Source: Malacoraja senta
Taxonomy: Eukaryota
NCBI GenBank assembly: GCA_038087875.1
Contig: CM075989.1
Span: forward strand, 18,168,001-18,232,000
Reading direction: 5' to 3'
DNA: 64,000 bases
Part shown: in pieces, positions 36,837 to 49,660 of the stretch
Position numbering within the stretch: position 1 is the stretch's first letter
Layout: each line of letters begins with the position of its first letter
Made by a program: the position numbers and the translations under genes
Notes under the pieces: model-generated
The model's database searches: none
Seen by the model: only the letters and a program-made list of their open reading frames with translations
Told to the model about the DNA's origin: nothing

Positions 36837-37357
36837 TATGATGGTACCTGCCTCAACTACCTCCCCTGGCAGCTCATTCCATACAAGAGAGTGAAAGGTT
36901 CAGATGAAAACAGTTCTGACTGAAGGTCACTGACCTAAAATATGCACTGCTTCTCTCTCTGCAGATGCTGCCTGACCTTCTGAGCATTCCTAGCTCTCTC
37001 TCCCTCTCCATGTTTAATCCCTACAATAGCAGTGGCATCTTCATTTTCAACCTGTATTCTGGCACCATGATCCATTATAATCTTCATTACTTCAGGCTTA
37101 TGAGTCTTGTCCATTTAGATGTGGTTCTGGAATTATCCACTGCTCCGCTGCAAGGCGGTTATGAATAGAGGAATGGGTGACATTTCGGGTCGAGACAACC
37201 TCATCAGACCTGTCTCGACCCAAAACATCACCCATTGCTTCTATCCAGAGATGCTGCCTGTCTCACTGAGTTACTTCAGCGTTTTGTGTCTATCTTCGGT
37301 GTAAACCAGCATCTGCATTTCCTTCCTACCCACTTAATAAAATTTAGTCTAGTGGAG

Positions 37358-37660
37358 TTTTGAGATACAGCGCGGAATCAGGACCTTCGGCCCACCGAGT
37401 CCACGCCGACCAGCGATCCCCGCATATTAACACTATCCTACACACACTAGGGCCAATTTACATTTATACGAAGCCAATTAAACTACAAACCTGTACGTCT
37501 TTGGAGTGTGGGAGGAAATCGAAGATCGCAGAGGAAACCCACGGGGTCTCGGGGGGGAACGTACAAACAGACAGCACCGGTAGTCAGGATCGAACCCGGT
37601 TCTCTGGCACTGAAAGCACTGTAAGGCAGCAACTCTACCGCTGCGCCACCGTGCCGCCCC
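37358..37660 (-). mobile_element. HE1-like V-SINE
   Basis: Reverse complement of the SINE family. Confidence 0.85.
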
Positions 37661-38939
37661 AAAATTAATGTTATCTCGTTGCAGGGAACAAATAGTTTTG
37701 AGGTATTAGTGAATCTAAGCAGTTGTAAGTGGATGGGAGCCCAGTTTGGATACATACAGGATGAAGTTAGTCCTTACAATGATAGGTATGGCTGAAGTCA
37801 TGGAATACTGTGGATTGCAAACAGCAGCCACACATGGTAATACCACCAAGCAATTGTGTTGGAATGAACTGCAGAGGCTAGTTTGAATCAAAGATAGGAA
37901 CAAAATGCTGGAGTAACTTAGTGGGACAGGCAGCATCTCTGGAGAGAAGGAACGGGTGACGTTTCAGGTCAAGACCCTTCTACCACCAAGCAATTAATGG
38001 TTTCTATGGCTATAATGCCCTGTTGGTCACCTCTGACTTTCAGTAACATGGTCTGACCATGGTCGGATTAGCTGGTCTTGTCCCAACTCCCTCAAATCCC
38101 ACAGACTGACTGCAGCCTGCACACCAGTACATTGGTGGCTGCATTAACACTGACCCCAAACTGCACTCAGCTGTCAAATGGGTTTGCTTGACATGAGACG
38201 TTGCCCAGACAGCACAATTGGCTGTTTCTAATAATACACTAGTCCCAATAATAAATTCCACACATTGTCACATAACTTGCAGCCGACTTCGAACTATGGG
38301 GCACTTTCATACTGTACATGATAATTAACAAAAGATTCTTCAGTGGACATTTAAAGCAACATCTTAAAGCCTCGAGGGCCAGTCGGACACCACTGAGGTA
38401 CTTCAGTAATGAAAGGACCGCTGTTGTCAGATCGGACCCATGGACAATGAAGCTTTCAGCTCCATCAGTGATTAATCCCGTTACAAATCTTATGGTTAAA
38501 CTTTGATTTCTTTTAAGATCCAAGTACTGTCTAGTCAGCATGCAAAATTGAGAGAAGAAGGCAAATTAAGAAATTCATTCTTCATTAATTACTGTAAGAC
38601 TTTCATTTCTTAAAATGAATTCTTGAAATTCATTTCTTAATGCATAGTCAGTTTATCATCAAAGTTACAGCACAATAGAACGAGTCTTTGAGCATTAGAA
38701 GGGGATGTAACAAATGTTTGAGTTTTCCACTGGAAGTATTAAGCTTATTTTCGCTGCAATTCTCAAAAGGTGTGAAAAAGCTGGGGTAAAATAACAGCTA
38801 TAATTAAATAATGTTACAATAGAGCTATCACCTTTCACAGTGATTATGTTCAATTTGTAATTCTCCTTCATTACAGCACAGAGCAGAGGTATGATGGTTT
38901 CAATATCTTCTGATTATGGAAACTAAACTTGCTTTGTCT

Positions 38940-39353
38940 TACCGAAGATAGACACAAAGTGCTGGAGTAACTCAGTGGGCCAGGCAGCATCTCTGGAGAA
39001 AAGGAATAGGTGGCATTTCGGGTCGAAACCCTTCTTCAGATGTAAAATGCTGGAGTAACTCAGCGGGTCAGGCAGCATCTCTGGAGAAAAGGAATAGGTG
39101 ATGTTTCGGGTCGAAACCCTTTTTCAGATGTAAAAAGCTGGAGTAACTCAGTGGGTCAGGCAGCATCTCTGGAGAAAAGGAATAGGTGGCATTTCGGGTC
39201 GAGACCCTTCTTCTTCGGAAGAATCTCAAGAAGAGTTTTGACTCGAAACGTCACCTATTCCTTTTCACCAGAGATGCTGCCTGACCCGCTGAGTTACTCC
39301 AGCATTTTGTGTCTATCTTCGATGTAAACTAGCATCTGCAGTTTCTTCCTACA
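38940..39353. repeat. Three tandem 88-bp PLE terminal-repeat units plus one inverted copy
   Basis: GCTGGAGTAACT recurs at 38961, 39049 and 39137; inverted copy at ~39225-39353. Confidence 0.88.
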
Positions 39354-40065
39354 TATTGGTTTGCCTTACAGCTGATTAAAACAATACTTCCTGGCCTGTT
39401 AAACAAGATAACACTCAGATGAATGTGCAGTTTTAATGCCATCATAAACAGAACAATTTGCCACATCAATCATGTTTTAAAAACAATACGTCGTCACTTT
39501 GGCTAACACAACATTGATTTCTCAGTAACGCTCACTGTTATCACAGATGGCTCAATTGGGTTGATGGTGTTTAGACATTTTAATATTTATTCGTATAATG
39601 TAAAAACACATTTAGTATTAGCAAAATTAAAACCCATACCATTAAGTTAAAACAGGAGTATACTTAAGCCACCAGATGCCAAAATAAATTAACAGGAATC
39701 TGAGGGGTGACTTTTTCACACAAAGGGTGGTGGGTGGATAGAACAGGCTGCCAGAGGAGGTAGTTGAGGCAGGGCAAGAAACAGTTAGATAGGTACAGGG
39801 TTGGAGGGATGTGGACCAAACGCGGGCAGGTGGGGCTAGTGTAGCTGGGACATGTTGGCTGGTATGGGCAAGTTGGGCCGAAGGGCCTGTTTCCACACTG
39901 TATGACTCTATGAACCTACAACTCAATGTGCCTCCCATTGGTGTTTGGCATAGAGAAACAAATTATTTTGGGTTTAAACTCCCACTCCACATTAATAAGT
40001 GTGACAGCGGGCACATCCTCTTTTCATTCAGCCACTAATAGTGGGCTTGCCTTTAAAAAGAAATG

Positions 40066-40596
40066 TATAACCAAAAATAAACTTTATTCAGAATAAAGAA
40101 TATCTACAAAACAAGAACAGTCCAAAGATTTCTTTCAGAATCTATACATTAATTAGTGTCATATTCAGCAGTGTTTGCAACTATCCTTAAACCAAGCAAC
40201 CTTGCCACTCATGTGCCCCCTGGGGTGATATCCCTGCCCTCGTTTGAGGGGTGTCCCCACCACACCCTCCCCCCCCCAATGTCCAGCAGCGGAAGGACCC
40301 TAGACTGTGGTCCTCCCTAACAGAGCCTCGCCGTTGGCTCCACCGAGCTTCAGTGCGTCCCTCAGCACGTACTCCTGCAGTCTGGAGCAGGTCAGTCAGC
40401 AATATTCCCCGATGGACATCTCGCTCTGCCGGGAGGTCAACAAAGCTCGGGCCGACCAAAGAGCGTCTTTTCACCGAGTTGATGACTTTGCAGCAGCACT
40501 CGATGTCTGTCTCCGGATGTGTCCCTGGGAACAGTCCGTACATCAGAGAGTCCTCTGTTGCGGAGTTGATTTGGGATAAACCGTGACCCTCTCATC
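40066..40596 (-). mobile_element. Tx1-like LINE, 3' part
   Basis: YGLFPGTHPETDIECCCKVINSVK... ORF2 C-terminus; AATAAAGTTTATTTTTGG 3' end. Confidence 0.8.
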
Positions 40597-42671
40597 CAGT
40601 GATGGAAATGGGTTTTAGGAACTAGGGGTACGCTAAGGTCCGTGAGGCTATAAGCCCCCCGTGAGAAATGTTTTGTAATATGGTAAATTTCAGGGCCATT
40701 TTGAGCCTATATGCACTGGGTATGATGATTACATACACATTGTATCAGTAACTCAGACAAATAAAGATAAGTATCTCAGAAAGGGAAGCTGGTCAGTGAT
40801 TGGTCGCAATGCCCCTTGGAGACTGTGTCTGATTGGCCGCCGAGTGACCAGCGCATTATGTGATTGGACACAATGTCACTGGAGACAGCGGCTGATTGGA
40901 CGGGAGGAGACCAATTTGTTGATTGGACGGGAATTTTAAGGGAAGCTGGTCGGTGATTGGACGCAACCCCCTTAGAGACAATGGTTGATTGGCCGCCATA
41001 TAATCGGGCAGGAAAAATTGACAAATAGGAAAACAATAAAATCGGAATTTCGATACAAATCTGATATAAGGTACATAGGGAGGGTATCGATTAATTCTAG
41101 ACAACAGATTTAAAAAAATAATCTAACCCCATTAAATCACTCCGGGTGTATTCTACAGTATGTGTTCTACAGTATGAAGTGTAGAGCAAAACTTGCTCTT
41201 CCAGAGTGGTCTATCGTGTTGTTTCTTCAGCGGAACACGGATTTGTTTTAAGAGCAAAACATAAAGTGCTGGAGAACTCAGCAGGTCAGGCTGGATCTAT
41301 GGAGGGTCCGAAGAAGGGTCTCGACCTAAAATGTCACCTATTCCTTCTCTCCAGAGATGCCGCCCGACCCGCTGAGTTACTCCAGCATTTTGTGTCTATC
41401 TATGGAGGGAATGGCTAGGCGATGTTTAGGATCGGGTCCCTTCTTCAGGAATTTTTTAAAGGGTTGGGAAAGATCGAAAATTTCACGTATTTAAATATGT
41501 TGTTACGAATATAACTAGTAGTGTGGGAGAAAATTCCATGAGCCATAATTGCCACATACATACCCAAAAGTAGAAATGTAGAAAGTTACAGTGTGTAAAA
41601 AAATAGATATTACGAGCTTTGTAGTCTCCTTGTACCAATCAAACGCCAAATTCAAAATTCTATATTTTGAAAATGGGCAAAGCAAAAAGTAGCATGTTCT
41701 CTTGAAAGGCTTATCCTAAAATAATTGATCGGAAGGTTGTGATTTTCGGTCAGGTGCCTGGATCATTCAGTCAGTGAGCTCGCGGTCCGGAGGTCTTCTC
41801 TATTATCCCTCTACATAAAAACAAAGTGTCAATGCCTCTTCAAGGTCTACTAATCCACCCGTATCTTCAGTTGCAGGTACAGCTGAAGGGATTTGGCGTT
41901 CGGGCGACGCTATGAATTTATATGAATTTAAAAAATCCGATACGTTTAAATCGTTCAAAAGCTACAACCACAACGTGATAAATGACACTAAATATAACTG
42001 AAGCAAATAAAGGCAAACAGAAGAACTAACCTTGAAGGTGAGAGAGAAAACAACACACATAAACATATATTTTTAAAATTCATATAACATCCCTAAATGA
42101 CGGGTACAAATTACTAAATAATGTGGGTGGACAAAAATGCTGGAGAAACTCAGCGGGTGAGATGCTGCCTCACCCACTGAGTTTCTCCAGCATTTTTGTC
42201 TGCCTTCGATTGTTTCAGCATTTGCAGTTCCTTCTTAAAATAACGTGGGTGAATGACTGTACCTGCACACCAGGAAGAAGCCGTGCTCGCGGTCCAGAGC
42301 CCTTAATGATAGTAAGTTTTAAGAAATTCTCCTGTGAATTTTATTCAAAGGTATGCGGCTTCATTAAAACATGGTCAAAACACAATTACATTTACTGAGG
42401 AATGTGGATTAATGTATTGATGACACATTGTATAACTACGTGTTAACTACTGGCTGTTAACAAGTGCTAACAGTGGTAGATAACAAATCGTTTTCGTCTC
42501 ATGGCCGGTGCAGCGGTGACTCGTAACGATCATCCATGGTCGATTAAAAAAAAAAATCCGTATTTAACAACTCTAACTCCCTTCTTGTATAGAAATTGGA
42601 CATAAACTGGAAACTGAAAAGTTGGGGAACGCCAACCCCCTGTGTACCCCCCCCCCCCATTTCCATCACTG
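40597..42671. mobile_element. hAT-type DNA transposon, ~2.07 kb, non-autonomous or decayed
   Basis: Perfect 16-bp TIR CAGTGATGGAAATGGG (40597-40612 / 42656-42671); flanks CTCTCATC / CTTGCATC (6/8); splits a Tx1 ORF. Confidence 0.85.
40797..40992. promoter_or_regulatory. Array of seven TGATTGG (inverted CCAAT, NF-Y-type) motifs
   Basis: Starts at 40797, 40830, 40861, 40893, 40920, 40954, 40986. Motifs are seen directly; function is inferred. Confidence 0.5.
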
Positions 42672-42955
42672 CTTGCATCCTTCTCCAGACTCTCTTTGCA
42701 AATCCACACTCTGCGAAGAGATGGGCAACCGTCTCCTCTCTGTCGCAGCTGTCCTGAGGGCAGCGTGCGCTGGTAGTGAGGTTCCGACGGTGCAGGAAGG
42801 ATCTGACTGGGAGGGCTCCCCTCACCGCCAGCCAAGCCAAGTCTTGGTGCTTGTTGGTGAGTTCTGGCGCTGAGGCATTTCGCCAGAGAAGCTGGGCAGT
42901 CGGCTCAAGGATCCACGCCACAGGATTGCCATTTAGTGTCTGGGCCAAACATTTT
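42672..42955 (-). mobile_element. Tx1-like LINE, upstream part (zf-RVT cysteine/histidine region)
   Basis: LWRNASAPELTNKHQDLAWLAVRGALPVRSFLHRRNLTTSARCPQDSCDREETVAHLFAECGFAKRVWRRMQ. Confidence 0.85.
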
Positions 42956-43011
42956 GCCATTCTCTTCCTAAATTCCTACAGCCCTCTAAGAGTCTCCCTG
43001 CAACTCTCCTT

Positions 43012-43285
43012 AAATTTAGAGATACAGTGCGGAAACAGCCCTTCGGCCCAGCGAGCCCGTAATGACCCTGTACACTGGCACTCTCCTAACACACTGGGGA
43101 CAATTTACAATTTTACCGGAGCCAATTAACCTACAAATCTGTACGTCTTTGGAGTACACTCCTGAGAAACCGGAGCACCCGGAGAAAACCCACGCGGTCA
43201 CAGGGAGAACGTACAAACTCCGTACAGACAGCACCCGTAGTCAGGACTGAACCCAGGTCACTTGTGCTGTAAGGCAGCAACTCTA
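43012..43285 (-). mobile_element. HE1-like V-SINE
   Basis: Reverse complement of the SINE family. Confidence 0.8.
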
Positions 43286-45084
43286 ACCTCCTCCTCTTTG
43301 GTCAAGGGTTGGCCGCATGTCCTAATATTTGCCTAACTGGCAAGGTGTCAAACTCTTAGTCTGATAGCACTCGGTTGAAATATCATGGGATGCCTTCCGA
43401 CATTAAAGGTCCTTTAAAATCTGAAGTTATAGACTGGGTGAGGCCACGTTAATGTTGGGAATGTACAGGTTTGCCACATAGGGTTCAGAAGTTGCTTCAT
43501 AGTCAATCATTATGTCCCTGATGACAATGATATGGAACGACTATATATTGACTTTGAATTTTTGGAAGATAGACACAAAATGCTGGAGTAATTCAGCGGG
43601 TCAGGCAAAATCTCGAGAAAAAGGATAGGTGACGTTTCGGGTCGAAACCCTTCCTTCAGAAAAGAGGGGTTCCGACACAAAACATCACCCATCCTTTTTA
43701 CGCAGAGATGCTGCCTGACCTGTTGTGTTACTCCAGCACTTTGTGTCAATCTTCGGGTTAAACCAGCATCTGCAATCTCTTGTGTGTAAGAAAGAACTGC
43801 AGATGCTGGTTTATACCAAAGATGCACCCAGGGCGCTGGAGGAATTCAGGTGGTCAGTCAGCATCTCTGGAGAATGTTTCGAGTCGGGACCCTTCTTCAG
43901 ACTTTCCTGTTGATGGAGCACACTGCACATTGCTCCATTCTGAAAAATTCAGAGCCACCGCCATCAGGAGCAAGGACTAATGGCAGTTTAAGTTGCACAC
44001 ACACATTAGCAAGAGATAGAGAGAGTCCCGGAAAAGCGATAGCCTTGGAAAGTTACTCGAATGACCCATGTGAAATTTGTGGAACGACTCCAGTGTGTAC
44101 GTGGTGCGCCTTGTACTGCTACGTCCATTGGCAAAGCGTCGCAGGCTGTAATTACAGAGTTTCTTTGCACCTGCCGAATCCAACTGGGAGTTCATGATCG
44201 GGTTCATGGCCAAAGACCCAGATGGGGAAGTGAATGCTATCTACATCACTGCTGCGTCAGTGGATAGAGTTGGCCGTACTTATCCGAGTCAAGTCCAACC
44301 CAGCGTGGCGCCGGACACACTGTGTCGGAAGGAACTACAGATGCTGGTTTAAATAGAGGATAGGCACAAAATGCTGGAGTCACTCAGCGGGACAGGCAGC
44401 ATCTCTGGAGAGAAGTAACGGGTGAATGAAGACCCGAAACGTCACCCATTGCATTTCTCCAGAGATGCTGCCTGTCCCGCTGAGTTAGTCCAGCATTTTG
44501 TGTCTATGGACCCCCGGTTTACAACCTTGCAGTATGAATATTGGTTTCTCTCATTTCAAGTCACCCTGGCATTCCCTCTCTCTCCGTCTCTCCCCCACCC
44601 TAGTCATCCTGGTAGTTTCACTGTTCATATCCTTTCATTATCACCTCCTCTACTGCCAACAATAGACCATTGTGGGCTCCTTTGCCATCGGTGCCGGCTC
44701 TGATTTGTTCTGTACCTTTTCATACCTCTAGTTTCGATCTCCCCTGATTCTCATTCTGAAGAAGGGTCTTGACACAAAAGGTCACCTCTTCCTTTTCTCC
44801 AGAGATGCTGCCTGACCCGCTGAGTTACTGAAGCATCGTGTCTCAATACTCAGTATTTGTTGTGTTAGTTGGAGAGGTACAGAGGAGAGTCCATCAGTTC
44901 CCAACACTCTGGAAACAGTCAGAAGAAGGGGTCTGACCAGAAATGTTTCCTATCCATTCCTTTCACTGATGCTGCCTGATCCGCTGAGTCCCTCCAACAC
45001 TTTATGCTTTAATCTGGAAATGAAGTGGGCTAAGTGTCAAATGCAGGGGCCATCGCTCTTCCTGCTGCCCACATCCATACCCAG

Positions 45085-45370
45085 GGGTGGCACGGTGGCG
45101 CAGCGGTAGAGTTGCTGCCTCACAGCGCCAGAGACCTGGGCTTGATCCTGACAACGGGTGCTGTCTGTGCGGAGTTTGTACGTTCTCCCTTGTGACCGCG
45201 TGGGTTTTCTCCGGGTGCTCCGGTTTCCTCCCGCATCCCAGAGACGTGCAGCTTTGTAGAGTAACTGCCTTCTGTAAATCGGCACTCGTGTGAAGGACAT
45301 AGAGCTATTTTATGGGTGATTGGTGGTCGGAGCGGACTCGGTGGGCCGAAGGACTGTATCTCTAAAACTA
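45085..45370 (+). mobile_element. HE1-like V-SINE
   Basis: Matches the SINE family. Confidence 0.8.
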
Positions 45371-46153
45371 CAACTACTTCTGGGTGGCTACCTCATGCTG
45401 TGATTTAGGCATAAATAAATGCCTGTGATTAGGGCATTTAGGCATAATAAAATAGTACTGGTCACTCCAGCCTTCTCCGCATATCTCTGTTTGTGCATCT
45501 TTTGCACACAGACCCCACGATTCAATTTGGTTCACACTTTAGTAGAGCAATTGAAATTAAAAATGGCACACAAATTAAGATGCATAGCGTGGAAAACAAA
45601 GCCACAATTAATGTCTCAGCAACATTTCCGTCGGTGTTGTCAGGGAGTCTGGTTTGGAGGGTGGGAATGGAGAGGAAGTGGATGGATCTCATTCTGATCT
45701 CTGTGGGATTCAGGGAGAATTTAATTTACTCAGCAGTGTAATAGATGAGCAAACCATCTGGTTCTGAGGTGGGTGAGAGATACAAGCCAGTGAAATCGGA
45801 TCACCAGTGTTGAGAAACGTTCCATCTGTATATCGTTTCCTTGCGGTATTAGCATTGCAACAGACCGGAAAATAGTTATTTTGTACGGAATGCTGTTGGG
45901 TGCAAGTTCCATGGGAAGCTGGTTTGTTGAGGCATGCAGTCTTGTACGTTGGTGTTTGGGCAGCGGCAGTATTGAGTCACCAAATATTCTCAGAGACAGT
46001 CAGTAATGAAGACAAATTGACCAATGCCTTACTCGCTACTTACATAAAAATATATCACTTGTCCACTTATTAAAATAAGACTATTTTGAAATTAGATTAA
46101 AATACTCTCAGCACAGTCCGATAAAATAGAGTAACATAGAACACTATGTTAAA

Positions 46154-46454
46154 GGTGGCACGGTGGCGCAGCGGTAGAGTTGCTGCTTTACAGCGCCAGA
46201 GACCCGGGTTCGATCCTGACTCCGGGAGCTGTCTGTATATGGAGTTTGTACGTTCTCCCCGTGACCTGTGTTGGTTTTCTCCGATTTCCTCCCACACTCC
46301 AAAGACGTACAGGTTTGTAGGTTAATTGGCTTGGTATCAATGTAAATTGTCCCTCGTGTGTGTAGGATAGTGTTAATGTGCGGGGATCGCTGGTCAGCGC
46401 GGACTCGGTGGGCCGAAGGGCCTGTTTCCGCGCTGTATCTCTAAACTAAACTAA
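46154..46454 (+). mobile_element. HE1-like V-SINE, near-intact, with pol III A and B boxes
   Basis: A box TGGCGCAGCGG 46164-46174, B box GGTTCGATCC 46207-46216, CpGs retained, (CTAAA)n tail. Confidence 0.9.
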
Positions 46455-46713
46455 GCACAGGTCTGTACTTCGGCCCTTTGGCCCACAATGTTTGAACTAA
46501 CATGATGCTGATGAAACTCATCTCATCTGCCTTCACACAATCCATATCTCTCCAGTTCGTGCACTTCTGTGTGCCTATCAAACAGCTTCTTAAACGCCAC
46601 TGTGGTATTTACCTCCACCACCACCCCTGGCAGTGCGTTCCAGACCCCCACCACTCACTCTGGAAAAAACATGCCCCGCACATCTCCTTTAAGCTTTTCC
46701 CCTTTCACGTTAA

Positions 46714-47041
46714 TGGCCCTGTCCCACTGTGCGAGTTCATTCAAGAGCTCTACCGAGTTTAAAAAAAAATCAAACTCGTGGTAAGCACGGAGATTGAACG
46801 TAGCGGGTACGTCGGAGCTCGGGGACGTCTCTTAGCCGCTCGTAACGCTAACGGCAGGTACTCGGGAAGACTCGCTAACGGCAGGTAAGCACGGGAAGAC
46901 TTGTGACGATTTTTCAACGTTGAAAAATGTCCACGAGAGCCCCGAGTACCGACGAGTGGCCATTACCGTAAATCTCTGAGTTCGAATCAGGGCAAACTCG
47001 GGAGAGCTCTTGGAATGAACTTGTACCGTGGGACAGGGCTT
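46714..47041. mobile_element. PIF/Harbinger-type MITE (type B-related)
   Basis: TIRs TGGCCCTGTCCCAC / GTGGGACAGGGCTT; TAA at 46711-46713 and 47042-47044; empty equivalent CACCT-TAA-AGCTATG at ~32826-32840. Confidence 0.85.
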
Positions 47042-48359
47042 TAAAGCTATGCCCTCTAGTGTTGGACATTTCCACCCTGGGAAAAGATTCTGACTGTCTA
47101 CCCCATCTATGCTTCTTGTAATGTTATATACTTCTACCAAGTCTCGTAATTTTATCTATTTCTATCAAGTTGTCTCTGGAACGTCAACCTCTGTCCTTCC
47201 AGAGATATCTATCCAAACGAGAGAGACTCAATTTTGTTGTCACCGCTTGATTTTTGCTGAATAATTCTACGTCATGGTAGAATACGTCCTTTGCAGCTGC
47301 TATTGCAACGTTTAAGAGACATTTGGACAGGTACATAGATAGGACAGTTTTAGAGGGATATGGGCCAAACGCAGGCAGGTGGGACTAATGTAGTTGGGGT
47401 ATGTTGGTCCGTGGGTTGGTTGGGCCGATGGGCCTGTTTCCATGCTGTGTGACTGATGCCCCTTGCCTGAACTGTGAACAGCGCTGGGTATGTCAGAGAT
47501 TGTCAGAGATTGGGATCCCAGTGCCTCCCTGGAAGCGCAGCACAGGATTGCAGGTTTGGAAGGAAGAGTGGCCATTTCCAGTGACACCAACAACTCTTAT
47601 TGTGTGCCTTCCCCTCAGCCAACAATGAACCTTTCATCTGTCGTTTTCACCCCTTACCCTTCCATATCTCTCGCGTCCCTCTCCCCTGACTCTCAGTCTG
47701 AAGAAGGGTCTCGACCCAAAACGTTACCCATTTCTTCTCTCCTGAGATGCTGCCTGTCCCGCAGAGTTGCTCCAGCCTTTTGTGTCCATCCTATGGTCAA
47801 GGTGAATGAATGTGAAACAGCCAACAAACGGAACCACTGAACACCTTTCCGAAAATATACTCCCTGCGTCCTACGTTCCCAGCCAGAAGTGCCAGACAGC
47901 AAAAACAATTATAGGGCTTTGTATTTGGACTTGAATGATAAAGAAAGGGCCTCAGACAAGTAACGACAGGACATAGGTTCGTATATTACATCGTCAGAAT
48001 ATCCCCAGAGGTTTTGCTGGCAAGTGAACAAACTTCCAAATGTTGTTTTGCACGCTCTACAATTACAGAAACTGCGATGATATAATAACTAATTAATCCC
48101 ACTGCTGCATTGCCTGATGAACTAATGTTGGAAAAGTGAAGCCTCTGCTACTTTTTGCAAAACAGACGTTGATCTTTAGTTTAGTTTAGTTGTAGGTCAG
48201 TTTATTGTCACGTGCACCGAGGTAGAGTGAAAAGCCTTTGTTGCGTGCTAACCAGTCAGCGGAAAGACAATACATGATTATGGAGGCATCCATAGTGTAC
48301 AAATATATGATGAAGGGAAGAACACGAATAACATTTAGTGCAAGAGTCCAGTGGAGTAC

Positions 48360-48630
48360 ATACATAGATACATAGATACATAGAAAATAGGTGCAGGAGT
48401 AGGCCATTCGGCCCTTCGAGCCTGCACCGCCATTCAATATGGTCATGGCTGATCATCCAACTCAATATCCCGTACCTGCCTTCTCTCCATACCCCCTGAT
48501 CCCTTTAGCCACAAGGGCCACATCTAACTCCCTCTTAAATATAGCCAATGAACTGGCCTCAACTACCCTCTGTGGCAGAGAGTTCCAGAGATTCACCACT
48601 CTCTGTGTGAAAAAGTTTTTTCTCATCTCA
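48360..48630 (-). mobile_element. CR1/HER1-like LINE 3' end
   Basis: EMRKNFFTQRVVNLWNSLPQRVVEASSLAIFKRELDVALVAKGIRGYGEKAGTGY and (TCTATGTA)n tail. Confidence 0.88.
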
Positions 48631-48910
48631 TCATTGGAGACCTTCGGACTATCTATGAAGATACAGCGCAGCGCAGGCCCTTCGGCCCACCGAGTCTGTA
48701 CTGACCATTGACCCCCGCACATCAACACTACCCTACACACACTAGGATCAATTTACATTTACACCGAGACAATTAACCTACAAACCTGTACGTCTTTTGA
48801 GTGTGGGAGGAAACCGAAGATCTCGGAGAAAAACCATGCGGTCACGGGAGAAGGTACAGACTCCATACGGTCAGCGCCCATAGTCGGGATTGAACCCACG
48901 TCTCTGGCAC

Positions 48911-49660
48911 CGTCAGCGATGGCAGCCTCGCAGACGGTCTGTCTGTCTTTTCGTCTTTTTTGTTATTTTTAGTGTGTGTTAAAAGTATGTGTTAATCTTC
49001 TCTGGTTTGTTTTATGTGGGGGGTGGGGGAGGGGGTCGGGGGAAACATTTTTCTCAATCTCTTACCTTGCCGGAGACGCGATTGTTTTCCGGATCGTATC
49101 TCCGGTCACTCTGAGGCCGAACATCATGAGGCTGATGGCCTTGTTCGAGACTGACTATGAGCCCCACCGCGGGCCGTGGACTTACCATCAGAGCCTGCGT
49201 TACTTCCCTGGGATTGACGCATCAACCGCAGCCTGCGGAATTCATCATCGAGGAGCTCTCAGTCTCGGGTAGAGACTGATGTCAGGAAGCTCCAAAGCCG
49301 CAGGAAGCTCGACCAGCCCCGACCCGGGGTCTGGTCGCCCGGCGCAGGGCAGCTGAGACCCCCCCGATGCGGGTGCTTGATCGCCCCGATGCGGAGGACC
49401 CGACTGCCGGTTACAAGAGCCAAGATGGTCCCGTCAATGGAAGGCTCGAGGCCCCCGACCGGACGACAATGAAGGGAAGAGATTGAACTTTTTTTTCGCC
49501 TTCCATCACAGTGAGGAATGTGGAGGAGTCACTGTGGTGGATGTTTATGTTAAAATGTATTTTGTGTGTTTTGTTGCTTTTTATTGGTATGACTGTATGG
49601 CAAATCAAATTCCACGTATGTTGCAAAACATACTTGGCTAATAAAGTATGATTATGATTA
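48911..49660 (+). mobile_element. Unclassified GC-rich non-coding retroposon inserted in a SINE
   Basis: Splits a minus-strand SINE (~48657-49708); ends in AATAAAG(TATGAT)n. Confidence 0.65.

Noticed and set aside
38940..39215. CRISPR-like regular repeats
   Set aside because: Whole units repeat with no unique spacers; eukaryotic PLE sequence; no cas genes.
46154..46225. tRNA gene
   Set aside because: A and B boxes belong to the SINE head and continue into SINE body; same for the other copies.
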